Positions 1 through 9,000 of a stretch of DNA of 64,000 bases are shown here, piece by piece. A program made the position numbers and the translations under genes. This DNA comes from Coleofasciculus sp. B1-GNL1-01 (lineage in GTDB: Bacteria; Cyanobacteriota; Cyanobacteriia; Cyanobacteriales; Coleofasciculaceae), in NCBI GenBank assembly GCA_040220235.1, contig JAVJTO010000049.1. One strand, given 5' to 3'. The notes beneath the pieces were generated by a model, which worked only from the letters and a program-made list of their open reading frames with translations, searched no databases and had not been told where the DNA came from. Numbering within the stretch: the first letter of the stretch is position 1; each line of letters starts with the position of its first letter.

Positions 1-148
1 TTTTATACTACCCCCCTCTTGTATCCTGAACTTTTCGCCGACAACAGCACCAAATTTTCCCTCGACAGAGGGGTGAAACCATTGCCCATTGCCCATTCCC
101 TATTCCCTCTCCCCACCACAAGACTTATTCAGCAGCCCCTACGTAGTT

Positions 149-230
149 TGACGAATGACGAATGACGTAGCTTGCTTCTCAAGGGAGCGAGTATGACGAA
201 TGACGTAGCTTGCTTCTCGCGAAAGCGAGT
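149..230. repeat. TGACGAA heptamer repeats plus a duplicated ~38-nt unit (TGACGAATGACGTAGCTTGCTTCTC...CGAGT)
   Basis: Direct repeats visible in the sequence; the same heptamer occurs in reverse at 33088-33125. Confidence 0.7.
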
Positions 231-275
231 TCCCCACCGTTAACTTTAATTGTCCCCACCTACTTATTAGCCTTT

Positions 276-1349
276 TTATTTCGCCTGTAGTCTTTGCCAA
301 AGGGTAAAACTCAGAAGAATAATTATACTACCACTTGTAACAATAATCACCATTGAGGTCATTCCTTGCAGTTTCATCGCCAGTCCGTTACATGCCAACG
401 TCACCCCCCACAGGGTAAAAGCCGCATGACGTTGAGAAAAACCCCAAGCTAGTAAGCGGTGATGTAAGTGATCTTTGCCTGGAGTTTTCAGCGGGTTTTT
501 TCCCGCCATGAGTCGCCGCACAAATACCTGAGTCGTATCTAGCACAGGCAATAATAAAAAGAATGCGGGCGGTACTAGAGCAAATACCGTCGTCACTTTC
601 AGGTTGCCTAAAATACTGGTTGCAGCTAGCACATAGCCAAAAAAGTAAGCCCCCGCATCTCCCATGATGATTCGGGAGGGATAGAAATTGTGTCGCAAAA
701 ATCCCAGTGCAGCACCTCCTAAGGCTGCCAAAAGTAAGGTGGCGGCGGCTCTGGTTTCAAACTGCGCCGAAACTGCCAACAAACTCATGGCGGTAATGAA
801 GCTGATCCCACCCGCCAAACCATCCATTCCATCCATTAAATTAATCGCATTGGTAATTCCCACCACCCACAACCAGGTCAACACAATGGAGAATATTGGG
901 TCAATGGGAGTGCCAAAAGGCGTTTCGATACGGATATCGCTGGCAATCAGCAAGAGGGCGGTAAGGGTTTGACTAAACAGGCGTACATACGCAGGTAGAC
1001 CAAATTGATCATCGATAAAGCCCACGAGGACGAGGATTGAACCACCGAGCAAAATCGTCAGCACTTGGGCTAAGACGCCTTCGATGACAATGGGTCTTAA
1101 TAGAGTAGCCAGGACTAGCGCCGCTATGACACCCGCATAAATTGCCAATCCACCCGCGTTGGGTAGGGGTTCTTGATTGAGTCGTCGGGCATTCGGTTGA
1201 TCCGCCCAACCCACTTGCAGTGCAAATGAGCGTACTGCTGGAATCAAACACCAGGTTACCCCCCAAGCTAACCCGAAGGTGAATATAACTGCTAGCCAGC
1301 CACTGCCACTAGGGTTAGCAATGCCGAGAGACTCTAGGAAGCTGTACAA
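276..1349 (-). CDS. MraY/WecA (glycosyltransferase family 4) undecaprenyl-phosphate GlcNAc-1-P transferase
   Basis: Multi-TM protein with GFIDD, NAINLMDGMDGLA, IIMGDAG and HLHH motifs; TTG start at 1349 chosen after an SD-like GGGAGA (ORF is open to 1412). Confidence 0.9.
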   Translation of the reverse strand: MYSFLESLGIANPSGSGWLAVIFTFGLAWGVTWCLIPAVRSFALQVGWADQPNARRLNQEPLPNAGGLAIYAGVIAALVLATLLRPIVIEGVLAQVLTILLGGSILVLVGFIDDQFGLPAYVRLFSQTLTALLLIASDIRIETPFGTPIDPIFSIVLTWLWVVGITNAINLMDGMDGLAGGISFITAMSLLAVSAQFETRAAATLLLAALGGAALGFLRHNFYPSRIIMGDAGAYFFGYVLAATSILGNLKVTTVFALVPPAFFLLLPVLDTTQVFVRRLMAGKNPLKTPGKDHLHHRLLAWGFSQRHAAFTLWGVTLACNGLAMKLQGMTSMVIIVTSGSIIILLSFTLWQRLQAK

Positions 1350-1558
1350 ATCTATCTCCCACTTCACGCTCAGACTGCCAATTATTATTATTCTCAACTG
1401 TACAGGAATCAATTCGGTAAAGTGCTACTGCAATTTTGGATATTGATTCGGTGTAGTAGTACTTACCGGAAACCATTGTATTGATCCGGGTTATTGTCGC
1501 TCATACTGAATTCAGGTAAACAAGGCTCCAAGGCAGAAGGTAGAAGGCTCGGAGCCAA

Positions 1559-1822
1559 TTATTCGGGAGAGGATGAGGGCGGATGGGGATCAGACTGCTG
1601 ATGACTCTCTACTGTCTCAAGGTATTGACTATCCAGCAAAAAAGCGCCTTTAGAAAAGCGCACTCCCCAAAATCCTCCGGGACGTCGATCAAGAATCACC
1701 CCTTCTTCGCCAATGCTAATCACATCCGGGGGTCGCAGCATGGGCATAGGTTCGGCTGTTTTAACATAGCGGGGTAGGGCAATGAGGCGAACGCGATCGC
1801 CAACTTTAAATTCTTTGGACAT
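1559..1822 (-). CDS. sipA: NblS-interacting regulatory protein SipA (DUF3148)
   Basis: KTAEPMPMLRPPD...RRPGGFWGVRF..GAFL signature of cyanobacterial SipA. Confidence 0.85.
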   Translation of the reverse strand: MSKEFKVGDRVRLIALPRYVKTAEPMPMLRPPDVISIGEEGVILDRRPGGFWGVRFSKGAFLLDSQYLETVESHQQSDPHPPSSSPE

Positions 1823-1863
1823 AATACTTCAGTTGGGTAACAGCTAATCCGTTCTTAGCTTAC

Positions 1864-2276
1864 GTTGAGATCTTGCCACACTGATCATAAATCTGTAGGG
1901 GCGACCCGCCGTCGACTGAAAGTGCTACAACATCGGTTAGCGAAGAAGCACAAATGTTCCAAGAATTACGAAAAAGCTAGGAAGAGAGTAGAGAAACAAC
2001 ATAACCATATCGCCTTCAAGCGGAAGGATTACCAGTATAAGCTTGCCCATAGGCTTTGCGATATGGCGGATACCATCAGAGATATCGCTTCGGCTCAAGA
2101 AATTTGTAATCGTGGAATAGAAACGTATCCAGGGACTCTGGAAAAGCAAGAAATTGGCTCTCAAGTCGAGGTGTCGGGGGCTATGTGCCTAGATAACTGG
2201 CGCAGGGGAGCAATGCCCAGTCGTGAGGCTGGGAAGCCCACAGCATAATCTCCGATTTGCTGTGGGAGGATGTCAC
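1864..2276 (+). mobile_element. tnpB: Non-autonomous IS200/IS605-family remnant with an internally deleted tnpB
   Basis: RRLKVLQHRLAKK..SKNYEKAR..HIAFKRKDYQYKLA helix fused directly to RuvC-III-like RDIASAQEI; right-end hairpin CCCACAGCA/TGCTGTGGG at 2237-2266 ending in TCAC (2273-2276); TTAC at 1860-1863. Confidence 0.8.
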
Positions 2277-3292
2277 GGAACTTGCCAAATGCGCTGATGG
2301 TAAGCTTCAGGTTCAGCGTAAGGATCAGGAGGGGACTCCGAGTGATTGTGGTGGTGATGGTGATGATCATGGTTATGACCGTGATCATGGTCATGATGGT
2401 GACCCGTATTATCCCCCACTGCCGCTAACCGGAACTTACATAGTTCACAATTCATTTGCACCTGTCCCAGTTGCGTCTCGATTTCTCGTTCCCGCAATAC
2501 CGAAAGTAATTCCGGTTGAATACCCATTTCCGGTAAACAGGTCATAGAAATGTCCGGATATTGCTCCTGCTGCTGTGCGGTAATGTCAAATATTTTTTTC
2601 ACCAGCACCCCAGTAAACAGGAAATACGGCAGAACGATAATCCGCTTAGGCTGGAAAAGTCGAGCGCGATGGAAGCCTTCCTCTAAACGGGGATGAGTAA
2701 TCCCAATAAAGCAGATTTCCACCGTTTTGTAGCCACTGCCTTCCCAGAGCAGACGCGCTAATTTGTAAACATCACCATTAGCATCGGGATCACTAGAACC
2801 GCGACCAACGACCAGCAGCACCGTTTCACTTCTGGGAATTGAGGACATGGGACTGTTCTCTGATGGTTGATCCAGTTCAGCCAGTCGCCGATGCCATAAG
2901 TCTAGAATTGCCGGAGTAATGCCAAAGTGACGCCCATAATGGAATCGAATTTGCGGATGTCTGGCTTTAGCGCGGTCTAACTCGTTGGTGACATCAAATT
3001 TATTATGTCGCGCCGCAAACAGCAAAATCGGCAGCACCGAGAATTCTGTATACCCTTGTGCCACACATTGGTCTACACCCTCCTGAATACTGGGAGCAGT
3101 TAATTCCAGAAAACAAGGAACAACCGGGCGAGACGAGTCTAACCCTTGGTAAGCGTGGGCAAAATCCAGAAACCCTTGACGCCCCTGCATATCCCGGCTA
3201 CCGTGACCAATCATCAACAGGGGGCGGTTAAGGGGGAGTGGTGGCAAAGAAAGTGAATCTGGGGTGGAATGAGTCGTGTCTACAGTCGGCAT
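2273..3292 (-). CDS. cbiX: Sirohydrochlorin cobaltochelatase CbiX (long form, His-rich tail)
   Basis: [31 protein letters not shown] and poly-His tail; ATG at 3292. Confidence 0.95.
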   Translation of the reverse strand: MPTVDTTHSTPDSLSLPPLPLNRPLLMIGHGSRDMQGRQGFLDFAHAYQGLDSSRPVVPCFLELTAPSIQEGVDQCVAQGYTEFSVLPILLFAARHNKFDVTNELDRAKARHPQIRFHYGRHFGITPAILDLWHRRLAELDQPSENSPMSSIPRSETVLLVVGRGSSDPDANGDVYKLARLLWEGSGYKTVEICFIGITHPRLEEGFHRARLFQPKRIIVLPYFLFTGVLVKKIFDITAQQQEQYPDISMTCLPEMGIQPELLSVLREREIETQLGQVQMNCELCKFRLAAVGDNTGHHHDHDHGHNHDHHHHHHNHSESPPDPYAEPEAYHQRIWQVP

Positions 3293-3340
3293 TAAAATTA
3301 AGCTCCCTTCCCGTGCGAGGCGGGAATATAGGGTGGACAA

Positions 3341-3510
3341 GCAACAGCTAGGTATTCTGGCTTAGGTGGAATGTCAGCGAGGTTTGTAGTTGCGCTTTAG
3401 CGCCATCAGCGTAGAAGCACCGACAACAAACCCTGAAAGAGCTTGCCATTTCAACCTTGACAGTTGCCGCACAGCCCCGGACTTACACCGGAGTTTCCCT
3501 AAACTGTTGC
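3341..3510 (-). promoter_or_regulatory. Cobalamin riboswitch upstream of cbiX
   Basis: Minus strand reads GCAACAG..TAGGGAA-ACTCCGGTGTAAGTCCGGGGCTGTGCGGCAACTGT ... AAGCCAGAATACCTAGCTGTTGC (B12 box, P1 pairing); it lies upstream of a B12 biosynthesis gene. Confidence 0.9.
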
Positions 3511-3770
3511 CATTCAATTGTGCCTTGATATCTTATCCGATTCGTCAACCCGTCAAAATCCAGGGTAGGGGGGTTTTCTCCGCTAACCTCAACTGAGATC
3601 GGGTATCAGTCGTCGTAGGGTGAGGAGAGCGCAGCGTAACGCACCATTCGTAACGCACCACTGCTCAAGGCATCGGTGGGTTACGGCGGATACTTCACTG
3701 AAAGGTTATTGTCTTGATTAAACTCCCGCCTAACCCATCCTACGTGATCCATCTAATTTGATTGAATCCG

Positions 3771-3920
3771 CTTTGTTCAATTGGCAGCGGAGCCGTCGAG
3801 TCAGCCGTCAAACAAATTAGCCATCGTGTTAAACTAACTGGCGCCCAGTGGCTCAAAGAAAACGTGGTTAACATTTTACAACTTCGTTGTGCTTATTTAA
3901 ACGGTCAACTGGCTATTTAA
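3771..3920 (+). pseudogene. C-terminal fragment of an ISKra4-family transposase
   Basis: Manual translation LCSIGSGAVESAVKQISHRVKLTGAQWLKENVVNILQLRCAYLNGQLAI*; not in the ORF track. Confidence 0.75.
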
Positions 3921-4043
3921 TGCCAACTTCCCTAATTATTAAGCGCATTTTTACAGAGAATTGATATAAGGACTTGAAGTACCGCCCATTTTTGATAAAT
4001 TCGCGAGTTAGAATGGCGAATATATCATCATGGAGATAGAAAA

Positions 4044-4322
4044 ATGGGCAAAAGGGTTTCCAGAAAGTCACAACACGATAAGCTGGAAAGAATAACTCGT
4101 TTACAGACGGCAATTGCTAGTCTTGAATCCTACCAAAGTTTCTTTGAGCGTCAAGGAAAACTCGCCCCAGCAGATGCTTGGGTAGCACGTTATCAAGTCC
4201 GACAGTCACAAAAAGTTTACTGGTACTACAAACTACAGGCTAGTTCACCCACTTTCACAACCACAAGTGACACACACAAGTTAAGTAAATATAAGCACTT
4301 AGGTAAGGCTGGATGTGAATGA
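4044..4322 (+). pseudogene. Truncated ISKra4-associated accessory ORF
   Basis: WVARY..YWYYKLQA..KYKHLGKAG resembles a small ORF I recall beside cyanobacterial ISKra4 transposases; it ends abruptly. Confidence 0.5.
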
Positions 4323-4429
4323 CTATATATTTTTTATTCATCAAAGAACTCTAGGAGAACTTAGGTTGAGAACGCTCACTCTCAATTAGGATACACAGAC
4401 AAGGTCAACTCGTCAAAGCTGACTGGACA

Positions 4430-5082
4430 GCCCACTACCACCGTAGAATTACAACCCCCCAATACTCATCCACAGCGTCAACACCTTCAACCTGTCTGTG
4501 TACAGGTGATTCAAGCACTTGAAGTTGACCCACCCCCAGGTGTGGAACCCGTTAATTGGTTACTTCTAACCACCTTAACCATCAATTGCTTTGAGGATTT
4601 GGTGCAATGTAACGAAAGGTACTCTTATCGTTGGTTGATTGAACGTTATCATTATGTTCTCAAGAGCGGTTGTCGCATAGAACAACTGCAATTGGAAAGT
4701 GCAAATCGCATTCATCGAGCTTTGGCTACCTACACTATCGTCGCTTGGCGCTTATTATGGATCACCTATCTAGCCCGTTACCATCCTGATCTGCCTGCCG
4801 ACACTATTTTAGAAGCCTATCAGTGGCAGAGTCTCTATTGCACGATTCATCATCACTCTAACCCCCCTGACGAACCTCCCAATTTAAGAGATGCCGTGCG
4901 TTGGATCGCCCAACTCGGTGGGTTCTTAGCCCGTTCTCATGATGGCGAACCGGGGGTTAAAACTATTTGGCAAGGTCTGCGACGACTCCATGATATTGCC
5001 CAGAAAGAGGCTTTTACTTTCCCCCAAAACTACTGCTTTTGTCAAGGGAATTAATGTTAAGAAAGATGTGAGTAATGCATAG
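4430..5082 (+). pseudogene. IS4-family (IS50/Tn5-like) transposase C-terminal remnant with right terminal repeat
   Basis: WLLLTT, Y..RWLIERYHYVLKSG (YREK motif) and LGGFLAR..DGEPG..TIWQG; the end AGATGTGAGTAATGCATAG at 5064-5082 resembles an IS50-group end. Confidence 0.85.
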
Positions 5083-5174
5083 CTTCAAAAGGGGGGAACG
5101 AGGGGGGTTGGGAGAGGGGCTGGGGGTGAGGGCTGGCTTAGTATGTCGGTTTCAGGGCGCACGTCGGTGCGCCC

Positions 5175-5612
5175 CTACTCACCTGGTAAGGATTTGGAAT
5201 CGGAGGGTTCTGTATATTGACAGAAAATATTTAACCCAATCTTGAGAATATACAATACCACCACGGTGGCGATCGCAGGATCAAGGGGTAAACCCGCTAA
5301 TCCTACCAAATACACGATTAATCCCGTCAGCAAGGGTGTACTTCTGGGATTCTTGCTATACTCCTGTACCTTAGTGCGAAAGCTATCATCACCACACAAT
5401 TCCTGACGCAACTGGTTCAGCGTTACTTCCCACAGGGATTTGTCCGGAAAATCCGGTATCGTATCATATTTCTGGAAATACAGTTCCTTAAACGATGCCT
5501 CAATATCCCCATTATGGTCTTTGAGAACTGCGATCGCGTCCTGGGCGGGATCATTGTTGGGTAATATTGCTTGATAGGAATTCAGTTGGGAGGGGGTGAG
5601 TTGAGTATTCAT
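5175..5612 (-). CDS. Hypothetical protein with a C-terminal hydrophobic segment
   Basis: 145-aa ATG ORF with natural composition. Confidence 0.65.
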   Translation of the reverse strand: MNTQLTPSQLNSYQAILPNNDPAQDAIAVLKDHNGDIEASFKELYFQKYDTIPDFPDKSLWEVTLNQLRQELCGDDSFRTKVQEYSKNPRSTPLLTGLIVYLVGLAGLPLDPAIATVVVLYILKIGLNIFCQYTEPSDSKSLPGE

Positions 5613-6003
5613 ACTGTCTACACAGGCTCAATTAGGAACGCAACCGGAAGTCTGGCACTATAGGGAGATCATGATCTGGTATCGATTGTAGCCTGAGACA
5701 TTCATGAGTGCGATCGCGAAAAGTCATAACCGCTAATATGGATACTTTTGCCAATTCTTTCTTTGTGAATTACCAACCTGCGCCCCTAACACCTGTAAAA
5801 TCTATGCCAAAATTTTAGCTACACTACGCCAGTCGTCTGCGATGCAAACCCTTATGGCGCTAAAGCGCAACTACGAGCAATTCCCAAAATTGTATGCTGA
5901 AAAGGGAGAGGATAGTACACCTCTATCCCAAAATGGTCACATCTGCGACCCCTGATTCGACTTTATGAGTTAATCCCTTATCGCTGATTAGTTTAGCATC
6001 CCT

Positions 6004-9000
6004 ATGGCATCCGCTCCTCATCTCCCGAATCAACCTTGGTGCTTCCACTGTCCCCAACTTGATGATATCCTCGATCGCACTCCGGTTACGGTGACGCTGG
6101 ATACGCCTGTGGTTGAGGTTTTGGCGCGAATGAGTCAGGTGCAGGGAGGCTTCTGTTCCCAGGATGGAGAAAAGACGCTAGAATCCCCGGAGAATCCCTT
6201 ACTGTCTCCTTCTACTAGCTGTGTCTTAGTTACTCAGGGAACCAAGCTTGTGGGTATCTTTACTGAACGGGATGTGGTGCGCTTAACGGCGCAGGGGCGC
6301 AATTTGGCGGGGGTGAGTATTCGTCAGGTGATGAGTCCCCCAGATTATCGCCTCAAATCGAGCGAGTTTCGAGATGTTTTTAGCGTTCTAGGTATTCTTA
6401 AACAATACCAGATTCGTCATCTGCCTGTGGTGGATGATCAGGAACAATTGCTGGGTTTAATTACACTTTCCACCCTGCGTTCGGTGATTGAACCCTCGCA
6501 TCTGCTGAAACTGCGAACCGTGGATGAGGTGATGAATAGGACGGTGATTCAAGCAACTGTCGATACCTCGGTTCTCAAACTAGCACAGTTAATGGCACGA
6601 CATCGGGTCAGTTGTGTGGTTATTTGTCAAGCTGACTGTTCACGGAAGAGGGAGAATTCAAAGCCTCTCTCCTTGCAGGAGAGAGGTTTGGAGAGAGGTT
6701 TTCCAGACCCCGTAAAAAGTAAGATATGTCAAGACTTTCCGGAAAAAAATCAACAAACACCATTAGGAATTGTCACCGAACGGGATATTGTTCAGTTTCA
6801 AGTCTTGGGCGTTAATCTGAGTGGATTACAGGCACAGGATGTGATGAGTCAACCCCTATTTTGTCTGCGTTCCACAGATAATCTTTGGCACGCCCATCAG
6901 GAAATGCAGCGTCGTTATGTGCGGCGATTAGTTGTCACGGATGATACAGGAGAACTATTGGGAATTGTTACCCAAACGCGGTTGCTGCACGTTCTTGATC
7001 CGATGGAAATGTATGGCGTAATTGACCAACTCCAGCAAGTCATCGGTCAGTTAGAAGCGGAAAAGATTGAGTTATTAGAAAGTCGCAATACTCAACTGGA
7101 AGAATTAGTCCAATCCCGCACCGAACAATTACAAAAACAGGCAGAACGGGAACATATTTTACGGTCGATTGCTCAACGGATTCGCTGCTTCCTGAAACTG
7201 CCGGATATTTTCCAAGCCACAGTTCAAGAAGTGCGGCAACTCCTTCATTGCGATCGCGTCTTGGTTTATCAGTTCGCTGAGGATTGGAGTGGGGAGATTG
7301 TAGCCGAATCGGTGGGTGAGTTTCCCTCGGTTCTCGGATCACAAATTCGTGATGCTTACTTCCAACAAACTAAAGGGGCTGACTATCTGAATGGGCGGCG
7401 TCAGGTGGCGCATAATATTTATCATCAAGGGCTAACTCCCTGTCATTTAGAACTCCTGGAACAGTTTCAAGTCAAAGCCATTCTCACGGTTCCCATTATT
7501 ATTAACGAACAACTTTGGGGCTTATTAGTTGCCCATCATTGTGCCGCCCCGCGTCAATGGGAACCTCAGGAATTAGACTTATTAGAACAACTCAGCGTGC
7601 AAATCGCGATCGCGATTCAACAAGCGAATGCTTTTTCCCAACTCCAAACGGAACTGGCGGAACGGCAAAAGGCAGAACAGTTGGCAAAGGCGACGCAAGA
7701 ACGACTGCACTATTTACTCTCGGCGAGTCCCACGGCAATTTATAGTCGCCAGTTTATTCCCCCCTATCAAACCACATTTATTAGTGATAATATTACAGCC
7801 CTGATTGGCTATACGCCAGCGGAAATCCTGGAACAACCCGATTTTTGGTTAAATCATATTCATCCTCAAGACTTACCCACCGTACTCACCGGATTTGCTC
7901 AACTGTTTCAGCAAGGCTATTCGATTCAAGAATATCGGTTTAAACAGAAAAATGGAGAGTATCTTTGGCTACAGGATGATTGGAAACTGATTCGCAATGA
8001 CCAAGGGATTCCCCAAGAAATTATTGGCGCATGGCTGGATATTTCCCATCGGGTACAGGCGCAGGAACACGCCCAAACCAGTGAGAAACTCTTAGAGTTA
8101 TTCTATGAATCTGCACCGGTAGGCTTATGTATTACTGATGAACAATGGCGACTGGTACGGGTTAATCCCGCCTTCTGTCAACTGTTTGCTTATCCCCGTG
8201 ATTATTTATTAGGACGATCCTTAACCGAATTCCTTGACCCCCATCATTCCGGTGAATGGCAGGTACGGCGTCATGATGGTAAATTTATTGATATTCAGGT
8301 TACCACTGGACCGATCATGCAACAAGGAGAACGCTGTTTGCGGGTAACCACGGTTACAGATATTACCGAACGCAAAAAAGCCGAACAAGCGATTCAATCC
8401 ATGGCGGGACAATTGTCTACGGTGATTGATACCGTGGGCGAAGGAATTACCCTAAGTAATAGTCAGGGGAAATTCCGTATCTTTAATCATCAAATGCAGC
8501 AAATTACGGGCTATACCCGCCAAGAGGCAAATCGTTGTGAGAATTTCATGGCGAAACTGTATCCTGATCCGCTTCTCTATCAGCAGATGAAGCAATGGCA
8601 AAAAAGTCCCAGTAAGAAGCGCAAACTCCGCACCTTTGAAACAACATTTTACGATAAAAACGGCGTCCAGAAAACCCTACTTGTCTCCCATTCGATTATT
8701 CACCAAGACAACCAACTCTTGTTTTTAAGCGCCTATCGAGATATTAGCGATTGCAAACAGGCTGAAGAATCGCTGAAACACTTAAATGAAGCCCTAGAAA
8801 AGCGGGTGCAAGAACGGACAACGGCGTTAGAACAGACAGTGGAACAACTGCACCGAGAAATTAAGGAACGCCAGCAAACAGAATTAGCTTTGCAAGATTC
8901 CCATCGCAAGATTAATAATATATTAGAAAGTATTACTGAAGGCTTTTTTGCCCTAGACAAAGATTGGCGGTTTACCCACTTCAACTCCCTTTTAGCCCCC

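Noticed and set aside
1453..1466. NtcA-like GTA-N8-TAC upstream of the MraY-like gene
   Set aside because: No properly spaced TAN3T -10 element was seen; the short motif is expected by chance
1865..2248. Active miniature TnpB nuclease
   Set aside because: It lacks the N-terminal region, RuvC-I, RuvC-II and the zinc finger, so it is a deletion remnant
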